A DNA stretch of 64,000 bases, taken from assembly GCA_002269645.1 (NCBI GenBank), contig NIVC01003505.1:1-64000 (forward strand). Direction: 5' to 3'. The stretch is from Macrostomum lignano (lineage: Eukaryota). Under the pieces are notes generated by a model. It was not told the DNA's origin, ran no database searches, and saw only the letters and a list, made by a program, of their open reading frames with translations. Both the position numbers and the translations under genes were made by a program. Shown piece by piece: positions 36,600 to 50,597 of the stretch; the first letter of the stretch is position 1, and each line of letters starts with the position of its first letter.

Positions 36600-38277
36600 C
36601 TGCGAGGTTGGACAAGGTGGAGAGCTAAATGATGGATTTAGTGGCTTGTCCTGTCAGTCTGTCAGACTGTCACTAGAGAGAGTTACCGAAAATGTAAGCC
36701 CCACAAGTTCTCTACTGGCCTTACATAGCCATGCTTATCTATCTGGTGTGTGTATATATACACAAAAGCCGGCGGCTCAGCCAGTGGAAGAGGAGGAGGA
36801 GGAGGAGGGTTATAGCAAGGGGAGAATTGAACTGGTCAGCAGCAGTATAGCCCCCACCTCTCCCCGTCTTCCCTTGGTGGTGGCAGCAGCAGCAGCAGCA
36901 GCAGCAGAGCTGCAGTTAGGAGCAGTAAAAGACCAAATGAGCATTGTAAAATTGGCTTACAAGCGCACCGGGGAGAGAGGGGTAGGGAGAGGTGGATGTG
37001 GCTCATAAAAGGAGTGCCCCCAGCCCAATATTGCAAGCCGCAGTAGTCGCGAGAGAGCTCACCGCGCTCTCTGGAGCCCTGCCCTGCCCCCCCCCCCCTG
37101 AGCTATTAACAAGCCTATAAAATGATGCATTATAAAACTGTGCAGCACAACACGCGCGGGCATTAATCCCCTTTGGAGCTGGGGGTGGATATAATAATAA
37201 TAATAATAACAATAATAATAGTTTCACCAACAGGCTGAGCTCGGGTGGTGCTAGCAGCCCAATAAACAACTGTAATAGGCGTCATTAATGAAATAAAAGC
37301 AAGCCCTGAGCAGCTTATTGCCCAAATTTTATTTTGCCTATGCTTTTTAAGGTGAACGCGCTCGTAAGCTCAGGGCAGTTCACAAATTTATTATCGCCCT
37401 GCTCAAACTTTGAGCTGCTGCCGAGGTTCATTCGGTTGTAAAAAGAATTTTAGAGAAGGGTGGTGGGGGGGAATTAAGCCGTAAGTTCCCAGTATGTGCG
37501 GCCCTCCCTGCACTAAAATCTCCCTTCCCACCCTACACAATTTCATCGTAAACCAGCCTCCCTCCCTACTGGGGAGCTCGCAGCTTCCCAGCCTGACAGC
37601 GGCAAACTGTGAAATGTGACCAGCCCTGATGCAGGATTGATCCCCAATGCCCAGACCCGATACGGATGTGATGCCGAGATAAACGGGAATTCGGGGGGGG
37701 GGGTTTCGTATCGTAAAAAGATTGAGAACCTACAGTCACGGATTTACGGCACGATTTCATTATTGAGAAATAGAAATAATAATAGCAATAAAGACACTGA
37801 AGACGAAGGAATTTCTAAATCTTACAAAAACCAGTCTCAGTGTTTTTTGGCTAGAGGTAGGCCGGGCTCACAGCTGGAGAGCTGGCTTCAATTGATTACG
37901 TAATCTTGAGCTCTTCCTGCTCCACCCATTTTTGTCCCACTCGAGCACAGCGGGTGCTCAAATTATTATTAATGCTTGCGCTTTGGGCTGCTTGGAGAAT
38001 GAGAATTAATAATCTTTTAAATTTATTGCCATAATTATAGAATCCGTTCTTCGAAACTCCTTCGAAGTTCCCGTGCGTGACTCGAGTTTTGAGGGATTTT
38101 GCAAAAAATGGGAAGAGGAAGCTCTGGCTTAATTTTTCCCCACTTTTTTATTTACAACTCTTGGCTGGAAAGCAGAGTTCTGTCTCGGGATGGAGAACTG
38201 CTTTTGAGACTAAAAAGTTAGAATAAGTCTGTTCTGTATGAATGCTTTGGTAGCAGTGAAATGGGTCAATTGAGAAG

Positions 38278-39497
38278 ATAGGTCAGGGAGTGAGCAGTGT
38301 ATGGGTCAGGGAGTGAGCAGTGTATGGGTCAGGGAGTGAGCAGTGTATGGATCAGGGAGTGAGCAGTCTATAGATCAGGGAGTGAGCAGTCTATAGATCA
38401 GGGAGTGAGCAGTCTATGGATCAGGGAGTGAGCAGTCTATGGATCAGGGAGTGAGCAGTCTATGGATCAGGGAGTGAGCAGTCTATAGATCAGGGAGTGA
38501 GCAGTCTATGGATCAGGGAGTGAGCAGTCTATGGGTCAGGGAGTGAGCAGTGTATGGGTCAGGGAGTGAGCAGTGTATGGGTCAGGGAGTGAGCAGTGTA
38601 TGGATCAGGGAGTGAGCAGTCTATAGATCAGGGAGTGAGCAGTCTATAGATCAGGGAGTGAGCAGTCTATGGATCAGGGAGTGAGCAGTCTATGGATCAG
38701 GGAGTGAGCAGTCTATAGATCAGGGAGTGAGCAGTCTATGGGTCAGGGAGTGAGCAGTCTATGGGTCAGGGAGTGAGCAGTGTATGGGTCAGGGAGTGAG
38801 CAGTCTATGGGTCAGGGAGTGAGCAGTCTATGGGTCAGGGAGTGAGCAGTCTATGGGTCAGGGAGTGAGCAGTGTATGGGTCAGGAAGTGAGCAGACTAT
38901 GGGTCAGGGAGAGAGCAGTCTATAGATCAGGGAGTGAGCAGTCTATGGATCAGGGAGTGAGCAGTCTATGGGTCAGGGAGTGAGCAGTGTATGGGTCAGG
39001 GAGTGAGCAGTCTATGGGTCAGGGAGTGAGCAGTGTATGGGTCAGGGAGTGAGCAGTGTATGGGTCAGGGAGTGAGCAGTGTATGGGTCAGGGAGTGAGC
39101 AGTCTATGGGTCAGGGAGTGAGCAGTGTATGGGTCAGGGAGTGAGCAGTCTATGGATCAGGGAGTGAGCAGTCTATGGGTCAGGGAGTGAGCAGTGTATG
39201 GGTCAGGGAGTGAGCAGTGTATGGGTCAGGGAGTGAGCAGTCTATGGGTCAGGGAGTGAGCAGTGTATGGGTCAGGGAGTGAGCAGTCTATGGATCAGGG
39301 AGTGAGCAGTGTATGGGTCAGGGAGTGAGCAGTCTATGGGTCAGGGAGTGAGCAGTCTATGGGTCAGGGAGTGAGCAGTCTATGGGTCAGGGAGTGAGCA
39401 GTCTATGGGTCAGGGAGTGAGCAGTCTATGGGTCAGGGAGTGAGCAGTCTATGGGTCAGGGAGTGAGCAGTCTATGGGTCAGGGAGTGAGCAGTATA
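38278..39497. repeat. 23-bp minisatellite GGTCAGGGAGTGAGCAGTCTATG in Axin intron 3
   Basis: About 53 copies. Confidence 0.97.
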
Positions 39498-40049
39498 TGT
39501 TTAAGAAGCAATAGTAAAGACATGTTACATATAATATCTCCGCAAACAGGAGATTAAGAGCCAACTGTACGCTATGCATACACAGCAGCAGTACGCATGG
39601 AGGCAGTATGCATCCTAAGGAAGATTTTACTGGCCAACAGGCACACAGGGAACCCCAGCCTTTCATACCCTATGCAGCTATGCAATCTCGAACTGAAACG
39701 ACACACACACACACACACGCACAGTGCTGGACTGCACTGCCAACACACTGAGAGGGATTTTATGACCCAGTGATGGAGAGGAGAAAGGATAAAGAAGAGA
39801 GGGGAGAGGGAGGGGGAAGTGGCTGGATTAGAAGCGGTAGTGCAGAGATTTATAACCAACAAACTGATAGCGACAAGTCCAAGTCTTGGAAGCTCTCCTC
39901 AAAGCAAGCACAGCACGACTTTGAATGCTTCCGGTTTTTTACTAGCACACAAGATCTTTTGAAATTTTAATCAGAAAAAAGTTTTTTAATTAAACTATTA
40001 AAGTACTAAGCTTTGAATATCGGTTGTCTTCAGGCTTACGGATAGTAAA

Positions 40050-41349
40050 TCCCAGATCCTAGATCCCAGCTCCTAGATCCCAGATCCCAGATCCCAAATC
40101 CTAGATCCCAAATCCTAGATCCCAGATCCCAGATTCTAGATCCCAGATCCCAGATCCTAGATCCCAAATCCTAGATCCCAGATCCCAGATTCTAGATCCC
40201 AGATCCCAGATCCCAGATTCTAGATCCCAGATCCCAGATCCTAGATCCCAGATCCTAGATCCCAGATCCTAGATCCCAGATCCTATATCCTAGATCTCAG
40301 ATCCTAGATCCCAGATCCTAGATCCCAGATCCTAGATCCCAGATCCTATATCCTAGATCTCAGATCCTAGATCCCAGATCCTAGATCTCAGATCCTAGAT
40401 CCCAGATCCTAGATCTCAGATCCTAGATCCCAGATCCTAGATCCAGATCCTAGATCCCAGATCCTAGATCCCAGATCCTAGATCCCAGATCCTAGATCCC
40501 AGATCCTAGATCCCAGATCCTAGATCCCAGATCCTAGATCCCAGATCCTAGATCCCAGATCCTAGATCCCAGATCCTAGATCCCAGATCCTAGATCCCAG
40601 ATCCTAGATCCCAGATCCTAGATCCCAGATCCTAGATCCCAGATCCTAGATCCCAGATCCTATATCCTAGATCTCAGATCCTAGATCTCAGATCCTAGAT
40701 CTCAGATCCTAGATCTCAGATCCTAGATCCCAGATCCTAGATCCCAGATCCTAGATCCCAGATCCTAGATCCCAGATCCTAGATCCCAGATCCTAGATCC
40801 CAGATCCTAGATCCCAGATCCTAGATCCCAGATCCTAGATCCCAGATCCTAGATCCCAGATCCTAGATCCCAGATCCTAGATCCCAGATCCTAGATCCCA
40901 GATCCTAGATCCCAGATCCTAGATCCCAGATCCTAGATCCCAGATCCTAGATCCCAGATCCTAGATCCCAGATCCTAGATCCCAGATCCTAGATCCCAGA
41001 TCCTAGATCCCAGATCCTAGATCCCAGATCCCAGATCCCAGATCCTAGATCCCAGATCCTAGATCCCAGATCCTAGATCCCAGATCCTAGATCCCAGATC
41101 CTAGATCCCAGATCCTAGATCCCAGATCCTAGATCCCAGATCCTAGATCCCAGATCCTAGATCCCAGATCCTAGATCCCAGATCCTAGATCCCAGATCCT
41201 AGATCCCAGATCCTAGATCCCAGATCCTAGATCCCAGATCCTAGATCCCAGATCCTAGATCCCAGATCCTAGATCCCAGATCCTAGATCCCAGATCCTAG
41301 ATCCCAGATCCTAGATCCCAGATCCTAGATCCCAGATCCTAGATCCCAT
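40050..41349. repeat. 14-bp satellite GATCCTAGATCCCA (two 7-bp subunits) in Axin intron 3
   Basis: Direct inspection. Confidence 0.98.
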
Positions 41350-42596
41350 CATCATGAGCATCAGATGATGATCCACATCTGGCGTCACAAATTCACAAGT
41401 TTGCCACAGCCGTCAGCAGACTTACATACGAGACACAAAAAGCAGACCGACATGCACGCAAAAACTATAGAAAATTCAGGGCCAAATCTATCTCAGATTA
41501 CGTAATCAACCGCAAACGCAACCCGCCAGGCGGCAGATGTCGGGAATTGCTGTTGAACAGGAAGCAGCTGCTGGGACAGGCATATGCATGATAACACATC
41601 GAACACAGGACAGGCAGATGGGAGGTGGAGCAACAGGATATTTAGCGAATTTTCTCCGGAGCTGTCAGCAAACAAGGTGAATAGGAGAGAAATTCCGAAC
41701 GCCGGGGATTAGAGTCAACAAACGCAGCTAGGGATGGGGAATGTGTATAATCGCAACCAATATCTATCAATCTTCTATTCATTTATTTGTAGAGGCGAAG
41801 GCCCGAGAGCAAACAGCTGGCTGGGGGGTTGGAGAAAGGTGCGGAGGGAGAACGGGTCGCCCTGAAGAAGAGTTGAGAGCTCAGTTAGTTCAAGCCCAGA
41901 CTGAGAAAGGTTTGGAAGACACGGGTGGGACAAGAGGGCAAGAGAGAAACTTGAGACTCGCCCTAGGGTTACTTTCTCCCCGCTTTGCATGCTCAACACA
42001 GCTCAAGTGGAGATTTTTGAGAGCGACTAACACTCCAGACTAGAGAGAGAGCAAGGCGGAATATCGAGGCCAGAGTGGGCGGGGCAAGTCACTCACCTGG
42101 AGATCCCGGCGGGGGATGGCTGCTCAACAAGCAAAGGCAAAAGCAAACAGATCCCGGAAGGGAGAGGAGAGAGAGAGGGCCCGAGTCCACAGTCGTATGC
42201 GCAAAGCAAAATGAAAAAAAGGAAATGAAATAATGATTTTGATATTGTGTCTATATCCCGGATGGAGAGGCAGCGAAGGCAGGCAGCACACGGCAGCGCA
42301 GCGGGGAGAGAAAATATAAATTCTGTGTTTCACTTGTAACAGCCCAATCCACAGTTTGTAGCGAAACGGATGCAGCGGGTCATGCAGCAGCCTGCAGCCG
42401 GAGGCACCGGCCTGGCATCAAAGGAATTCAGCATCCCCAACCCGCGCATCATCTACGTAACTTTCTCCCATGCTTCTTTCATGTTCCGCTGCTTTTACGC
42501 TGGTATTGTTGGCCTGCAACCCCGGTTTCGATTGGGAACTGGTAGCTTGGCCAGGTCTAAATTTATTTTACCTGCCTGCCGGTTAGATTATGTAGC

Positions 42597-43115
42597 CTGA
42601 TATCCCTACATCCTGGATCCTGATATCACAGTGTCTGGAGCTCCACGGCTCGGCCTCGGCCTGAACAGTTTCCCTACATCCTGGATCCTGGATCCTGATA
42701 TCACCGTGTCTGGAGCTCCAAGAATCGGCCTGAACAGTTTCCCTACATCCTGGACCCTGATATCACCGTCTCTGGAGCTCCACGGCTCGGCCTGAACAGT
42801 TTCCCTACATCCTGGATCCTGATATCACCGTCTCTGGAGCTCCACGGCTCGGCCTGAACAGTTTCCCTACATCCTGGATCCTGATATCACCGTCTCTGGA
42901 GCTCCACGGCTCGGCTTGAACAGTTTCCCTACATCCTGGATCCTGATATCACAGTGTCTGGAGCTCCATGGCTCGGCCTGAACAGTTTCCCTACATCCTG
43001 GATCCTGATATCACCGTCTCTGGAGCTCCACGGCTCGGCCCGAACAGTTTCCCTACATCCTGGATCCTGATATCACAGTGTTTGGAGCTCCAAGAATCGG
43101 CCCGAACAGTTTCCC
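42597..43115. repeat. 62-bp minisatellite (~8 copies) in Axin intron 3
   Basis: Period 62 (CACGG at 42781 and 42843). Confidence 0.95.
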
Positions 43116-44034
43116 TGCCCAGATGTTCAAGTATTGTGCTGTAAAAGCCAATACAGGCCATTTTAGACTTGGAAACCGAAAGCAGCAAGGTGATCAGTTA
43201 TGCTTACAGTTTACACTTAAACACGTTCAACCTTTCCTCTTTTTTCTGCTTCGTTTTCGGTGCATTTGTTCCCCCTTTTATGGAAGCTAGGACTCTCGGG
43301 TGATACTAAAAACTATAGAAGAGAGGTCATGCATATTTGGAATGGCTGTGTTCGAATGTTGCAAACAACAACAATAATAATAATAAAAAGTTGGATCGCA
43401 AACTCTACCGAGCTGTCTTCCTAACAGTACACCCCCTCCTACCCAGCGCGAAATCCCGAATCCCAATTCAAATTACGGAGTCCAAGCGGCCTAAGCGTTG
43501 GGGGAAGAGGGAGATAAAGCAGCAGTAGATCAGAGAGCGGATTTTGGGTGCGAGGCCCGGCCGGGGTCACCGAGTGTGCGCACTTTGCAGCAGGGCTTTG
43601 GGTATAGGGATAGGATAGAGAAACAGGGGAAGACATAGGAGAAAAAAGTGACTGGTAGAAGGGAAGAGAAGAGGCAGCAGAGAGGAATGCCAAATTCGGC
43701 AGGCCTAGAAGGGGTGGGAGAGAGAATCCGCAGCAGCCGTATGCGCAGTTGAGAAAGCACAGCTGGGTGCGCAGGGGGGTTCCGCCCTCCCAGCAGCGGC
43801 CCCAGAAGGCTGGACCATGCGTGGCCACGAGGTTGGTTTTGGATCAAAGAGGCAAGCAGCCACAGCCAAGCAAAGGACAACAGAATAGATGCTTCCATTC
43901 CATTGCTAAACTCGGAACTGCTTCAGAAGCCAAAGATAGAAATTCTCGCTGTTGTGGAAGTCGCAAGAAGGGTAAAAAGCTAGTTAGACATATTAAAGAC
44001 CCCTAAACGTAACAGGAGAGACAAAAATACTCAC

Positions 44035-44442
44035 CCAGCGGGCATCAGTCGGTCAGAGCCTCCACCTCGACCCCGGTGATGCCTCGTAGCCAGCAGGTTG
44101 TCTCTGGTCAGTCCCACCAGCACAGGACCTCCTTGCTGCTGCTGCTGCTGTTGCAGCAAGCCGTGAGCTTTGAGCAGCAGCTCGCGATCCTCGTGCAAAG
44201 TCGGCAGGCGATCAGCGCAGCCGAGCCACCTGTCCGAGCGCAGGAAAGCCGGATAGGCGGTGTCGGCCAGGTAGCTGGCAGCTTCGGCCAGCGCCGAGTC
44301 GAATATGGTGGCGTCGGCGGGCGAGCCGGAGCGCAAGCTGGACTGCACAGCTTGCCGAGTGGCGCTGCTAATGACAGGGACTGCGGAGTCCTCGGACAGG
44401 ATGTACCGCTTGGCGATGAGGCGAATCAGCTTTGGACAGCGT
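44035..44442 (-). CDS. axin: Axin exon 3, C-terminal half of the RGS domain
   Basis: RCPKLIRLIAKRYIL...IFDSALAEAASYLADTAYPAFLRSD; acceptor ctgccAG, donor GTGAGT; 408 nt, phase 2 at both ends. Confidence 0.92.
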
Positions 44443-44469
44443 CTGGCAGGGAGTTTTTGGTGGAAATAG

Positions 44470-45745
44470 ATTCTTTACGTCTAGATTCAAATAGATTCTG
44501 TAGAATCTTCCATCGATTCTGTAGGATCTCCTATCGATTCTGTAGAATCTCCCATCGATTCTGTAGGATCTCCCATCGATTCTGTAGAATCTCCCATCGA
44601 TTCTGTAGAATCTCCCATCGATTCTGTAGAATCTTCCATCGATTCTGTAGAATCTCCTATCGATTCTGTAGAATCTCCCATCGATTCTGTAGAATCTCCC
44701 ATCGATTCTGTAGAATCTTCCATCGATTCTGTAGAATCTCCTATCGATTCTGTAGAATCTCTCATCGATTCTGTAGAATCTCTCATCGATTCTGTAGAAT
44801 CTCCCATCGATTCTGTAGAATCTCCCATCGATTCTGTAAAATCTCCCATCGATTCTGTAGAATCTCCCATCGATTCAGTAGAATCTCCTATCGATTCAGT
44901 AGAATCTCTCATCGATTCTGTAGAATCTCCCATCGATTCTGTAGAATCTCTCATCGATTCTGTAGAATCTCCTATCGATTCTGTAAAATCTCCCATCGAT
45001 TCTGTAGAATCTCCCATCGATTCAGTAGAATCTCCTATCGATTCAGTAGAATCTCCCATCGATTTTGTAGAATCTCCCATCGATTCTGTAGAATCTGCCA
45101 TCGATTCTGTAGAATCTGCCATCGATTCTGTAGAATCTCCTATCGATTCTGTAGAATCTCCCATCGATTCTGTAGAATCTCCCATCGATTCTGTAGAATC
45201 TCCTATCGATTCTGTAAAATCTCCCATCGATTCTGTAGAATCTCCCATCGATTCAGTAGAATCTCCTATCGATTCAGTAGAATCTCCCATCGATTTTGTA
45301 GAATCTCCCATCGATTCTGTAGAATCTGCCATCGATTCTGTAGAATCTGCCATCGATTCTGTAGAATCTCCCATCGATTCTGTAGAATCTCCCATCGATT
45401 CTGTAGAATCTCCCATCGATTCTGTAGAATCTCCCATCGATTCTGTAGAATCTCCTATCGATTCTGTAGAATCTCCTTTCGATTCTGTAGAATCTCCCAT
45501 CGATTCTGTAGAATCTCCTTTCGATTCTGTAGAATCTCCCATCGATTCTGTAGAATCTCCCATCAATTCTGTAGAATCTCCTATCGATTTTGTAGAATCT
45601 CCTATCGATTCTGTAGAATCTCCTTTCGATTCTGTAGAATCTCCCATCGATTCTGTAGAATCTCCCATCGATTCTGTAGAATCTCCCATCAATTCTGTAG
45701 AATCTCCTATCGATTTTGTAGAATCTTCTATCGATTCTATAGAGT
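44470..45745. repeat. 21-bp minisatellite ATCGATTCTGTAGAATCTCCC filling Axin intron 2
   Basis: About 60 copies; internal palindromes GATTCT/AGAATC and ATCGAT. Confidence 0.98.
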
Positions 45746-45796
45746 TTCCCGGTGTTACAGTCACCCTATCCATCCAAAAACACCCCGAATGCTCAC

Positions 45797-46332
45797 CTGG
45801 AAGTGCCAGCGTCCCCAGTTGACTGCTCCATCTGCAGCTGGCCAGACTTCAGTCCCTTGACAGCAAAGTAGAAATCGAAAGCCCTAGCTGCCGCAGGGTC
45901 GCAAGCCTCCTCTAGGTAGTTGCGAAAGGTGAGCACAGCTTCAGCGTCCTCCAGCAGGTTGCGAAGGCCTTCCGGCCAGACGTCAACGCCGACTGGAGCC
46001 AAGGACACGCCATCAATGTTGGAGGCGAAGTCGGGCTCGTCGGCGCCTGCAGTTGCCGCGGCGGCCGTTGCTGTCAATGACGCGCTGTCGTCCTCTTCTG
46101 GGATGTCAGAAGTTGAAGCAGCTGCTGCGGCTGCTGCTGCTGCGGCTAGCATGTACAGCTGCTGATGTTTCTGCTGGGACTTCAAGGACTGTTGCTGACT
46201 GGCATCTTGAAGCTGCTGCTGCTGTTGTTGCTGCTGCTGCTGCTGCTGGCCGATGGCTGGCGAAGCTGTCGAGTCACCTGTAGTCGTGAGACTCACCGGA
46301 GACTGCTGTTGACAGCAGAGCTCTGTGGCGGT
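45797..46332 (-). CDS. axin: Axin exon 2, poly-Gln/Ala N-terminus and first half of the RGS domain
   Basis: WPEGLRNLLEDAEAVLTFRNYL...FDFYFAVKGLK; phase-0 acceptor catcccAG at 46334-46333; phase-2 donor GTGAGC. Confidence 0.9.
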
Positions 46333-46389
46333 CTGGGATGGGATTGAGAGAATAAGGAAATTAATTAGAGTGCTGGATTATTGAATACC

Positions 46390-46680
46390 ATCCCACCCAT
46401 AGATTTCTAATTTCTAGAATCTCCCATCCCTTTTATAGATTCCCAACCTCAAGAATATCCTATCCCACCCAGAGATTCCCAACCTCAAGAATATCCTATC
46501 CCACCCAGAGATTCCCAGCGTCGAGAATCTCCCATCCCACCCATAGATTCCTAACCTCAAGGAACTCCCATCCCACCCATAGATTCCCAACCTCAAGAAT
46601 CTCCCATCCCATCCCACCCATTGATTCCCAACCGCAAGAATCTCCCACTAATAGATTCCCAACCTCTAAAGTCCCAATGC
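46390..46680. repeat. Degenerate ~33-bp repeat (CCCATCCCACCCATAGATTCCCAACCTCAAG-like)
   Basis: Direct inspection. Confidence 0.85.
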
Positions 46681-49600
46681 ACCCATAGCTTAAAGTACAT
46701 TTGTTATGTACTTTAAGCTAAAGCTAACACCATTCAACAGGAAACTACAATGCTCAGCTTTTGTCGGCATCTGTCTGTCTGCGATTCTGTGACCAACTTT
46801 ATGGTTTAGTATAGAATTAGGTAGCCTAAATAAATAATTGATGGGACAGAGGATGCTGAACTACTCAGAAACTTATTAAGCCATAGCTGGAATTGAGCAA
46901 ACCTATAAAGTATAAGTTATATATTACCTCTCTATTAAGGCAACCCCCATTCTATACACGCTGAATGCTTAATCTTCTCTGAGAACAAAGGCGTAGGCAG
47001 CGGCAGCGGCGGCAAAATCGCAAAGAAGGAGGTTAAGGTAAGCGAGTGTGAGTGCGTATTTGAGGCCTGTCTAGGAGAATAGAGTAGAGAAGCTGGCAGT
47101 GATGGAGATGAAGTTGAGTTGGGGCTCAGCAGGAGGGAGGGAGGGGGGTACGTATTATATATGGCCTAACGCTAAACAAGTAAGTAGGTAGGTAGTAGTA
47201 AGCTAGATCGCACAGCTAGAGCACAGACAGACACACACACACACACAACAGCTCTAAGCTGGCATATATACGAGAGCGGGTCAAATAAATAGACAGGCGG
47301 AAATGATCCACCCCAAAACCGCCGCCAGCCGGCGGTGGCTTTGAAGATGAGAGAGAGGAGAGAGAGGGGAGGGGAGAGAGCGAGGTGGGGTACTACTTAG
47401 GGCTCTATAGAGTGAGAGGTGAGGGTGGCGGCGGCTTCACTCGCAATCAAGAGAGAGAGAGAGACAGAGTGGGTGCCTGTGCGGCTGATATTGATAATTC
47501 CCTCTGTGCTGCCCCGACTACACGGTATATATATATATAGCATAAGTAAGTAATATAGAGCTCCACTCTTCAAAAAAACAACAGAGACTAATACAGCCAG
47601 AGCTAACCAAGCCAGCTAGCAAAAAGGCATAGCTTGCGCCTTCTGCCCTGATAATATGGCGGCTAACTAAGCGAATGAGACGGATATATAAATTAGAGTA
47701 AAAAGAATTAGAGACGGGTAGAAAACGGGGGTTCCTGTGAGAGATTTGACCAATGCTGCTGCGGCATGCGCACTGAGAGAGAGAGAGAGAAAGGAAAAAA
47801 GTTATCGGCCATAGGGGGGCAATAAACTATATAAATCTTGTAAAATATAATAACGCGAGATTTCCCTTGCCTCTCCGTATGCATGCACGGCCTTTTAATT
47901 CCAAGTATGTCTATTATTTGGCTTATATGGCTATAATGCGGTCATAAAATACGATGAGTGCTGCGGGGAGCAATAAGTTTTATAGGTTTTTCTTATAACT
48001 GAGGCCGCTTCGCTTGGGCTTCATTAGGCATTATTATATTGGATTGTTATGGCCCCTTTATTGATTCCATTCGGGATGCGCAAAATAAGGGCCAGGCAGC
48101 CTGCTGGGCTTGCTATGCTATGTCCACTTTCTGGAAAAACAATTAGCCAGAAAATCAAAGAAATCAACATTCAAGATCATAGAGAATTAGTTGTTCGAAA
48201 CTCGACAGGCAACTTCCCGCAAGAATTTCAGCCAAGTTTAGATAAAGTTTTACAATATCTCTCTTCTTAACAACAGCAGTTTCCAAATTCAGGCCAAAAT
48301 TAGCAGCAGAATTTTCAATAATAAAACCAATACTTAAAAATTTAAACGCTGCGACTTGGACTAATGTTAGGTAGGTATAGTACTGTAGGAGGCAATAATA
48401 GCGAAAACAATAACAATAAAGTGGAGGAAGGGGGGTTGGTTCAGTTTGGTTGGACAACTTAGCCGGCATAAAATTGAGCGAGACCCGGGTGGGGTCGTAT
48501 AAAAGTTTACTGACTGCTGTTATAAGCCATCGCGCGCGCAGGAGGCTATAAAGTCATTAAGTGGCTGTACTGTTTTGCGCCCCCCGGCCTAGGGGAACTG
48601 TTTTGGTTGGGTTTAAGTATCAGGCTGGCACAAGCAATCTTGCGTAAGTTTGTCAAGCAGCGCCGCGAGAGAAGCTTTAAAACAAGTCGGAGGGTCGGGG
48701 GGGGCCATCAACACGATTTTAACAACAGCCTTGGACCCTTCGCTCGTCTTAACAGCTTTTCGCCAGGGCGCCAAAAGTTGTAGTGGGTGGGTTGGCGAGA
48801 GAGTTGGGGGTGAGCGGGCGGATTGGGTCCTAAAACTCAGTGAGGAAGACATTTCAACTTTACCAACAATTTTAAGCGCTTTTATAAGCTTATCGCACGC
48901 GTACAGTAAGGCATAATATTTTAACACCGAGTGGAATGGCTTTGGCTTCGATTTCGGTTGGCTGGAGGGAGGGGCAATAAAACAGGGGAAAAGCTCTCCA
49001 ACCATTTTAGTCTTAAACCACTGGGCGCGGGTCAGGTTAGTGTCAGTGCAAAACACTATTAAAGACAATTTATAAAGAAGGGACAATTTGGTTTCGGTTT
49101 TACGACTTTTACTTCCAGCGGCAGGCTTTAAATGGCGCTGGTAACTGTAACGTTTTCACAACTATACGCTTGTGGCTGCCCCAACAGCATGCGGCTTTTA
49201 AAAACTTTTAGGCCTTCGAATTTAGAAGCACGTTTAATGACTTTTAGACTTTATTTCGCAATTCTGCTGAATAATAATGCGAAGTAAAAGCAGCCGGCGC
49301 ACGGACAGGCAGACAGACGGGCGCCAAGGCGGCAGCATCTATAACCAGTGCCATCTCTTCAACTCCTATAATATACGTCTTTGTCTACTACTAAGCTCGG
49401 TGCACGAAGTTTTATAATTCAACCGGCTGAATGAAGTTTCGAAAATTTCAATTGCGCACATCGCGGGCAACTTCCCTGTTCGTGCTGCAGAAATGGAGGC
49501 CGGAATCTAGACTATTATAGACAATTTATTATTATTTTTGGGGAAATTCGCAGGGATTCGGGATTCAGAGAAAGCAACGCCATTGATTCTTAGATTGGTA

Positions 49601-50597
49601 CATTAACAGGTAGGCCAGACCAGATAGATACACGCGCTAACATCTCCTGGGAATTGCTTACCTTACCATACAATTTCTACGCAGCATGCATAGCCTACAG
49701 CTGAACGTCTAGAAAGCTATTTGAATATCCCAGGAACAGAGCTTGAAGCTTAGCTTTAATTTGCACTATAGGCACATGCTACTATATCAAAGCAATCAAA
49801 CCACTCAAACTGGCACTTATTAAGCCTCTGAAAAAAGATAACAGATAAAAGGGGAGGTGGGACAGCCAGACCTAGCAGACAGACCAGTCTTCTGTTCTGT
49901 CGGCCCTTTATATTCTCCCCCAACCCGCTTCAAACAGAGTGTTTCCTTATCAGCTGTCAATCAAGCCAGGCTTATAGTGCTGTGCATTCGTGCGCGCTCA
50001 CAGACCCCACAGCTGCCTGCACAACCAATGCCTAGGCCTATACTATAGAAGAATAATAAGAGCTAGTATTGTAGATTTGTAGTAGTAATGGCATACACAG
50101 GAGGCCTGAGAGGGTCGGACAGGGCACAATAAGAGCCGCTTCTTATTAATTTTCCCACCCACTGACTAAGGGATTAATGACAAGTCCATATCCATATTAG
50201 GCCTAGAGAGAATGATGGCGCTGAGTTGTGTGCCTCGGCTCAGGGGTCAAACTCGTGCATTGTAAGAGCTTTGAAGTTTATGGGGCTGCAGCCTAACTCA
50301 ACTTTGAGATATGCAGATGTGAGACGGTCATCATTCCAAGCATGTACATCTGGGCTGGGCTACCTTAGTAAGGATCAGTGTACAATGTACATTTGCATAC
50401 AATATGAAAGCTTCAGTCCTACCAGCGATATCAATTATTACTTTACCAACACCTAACGGTCAAGGGTCAACCTATGTGATTAGCTAATAAAATGAGTCCA
50501 GTTAGAATAATGTTGTGTTATCGTAAATTAATAAAAATGAATTGAAGACTGTGCTATAGACATTTATAAACTAAAAATAATAAAAGTACAAACTTAC

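Noticed and set aside
44076-45860. 594-aa and 428-aa ORFs (RFCRISH / GDSTESM repeats)
   Set aside because: Stop-free frames of the 21-bp intronic minisatellite; intron retention hits TGA immediately after Axin exon 2.
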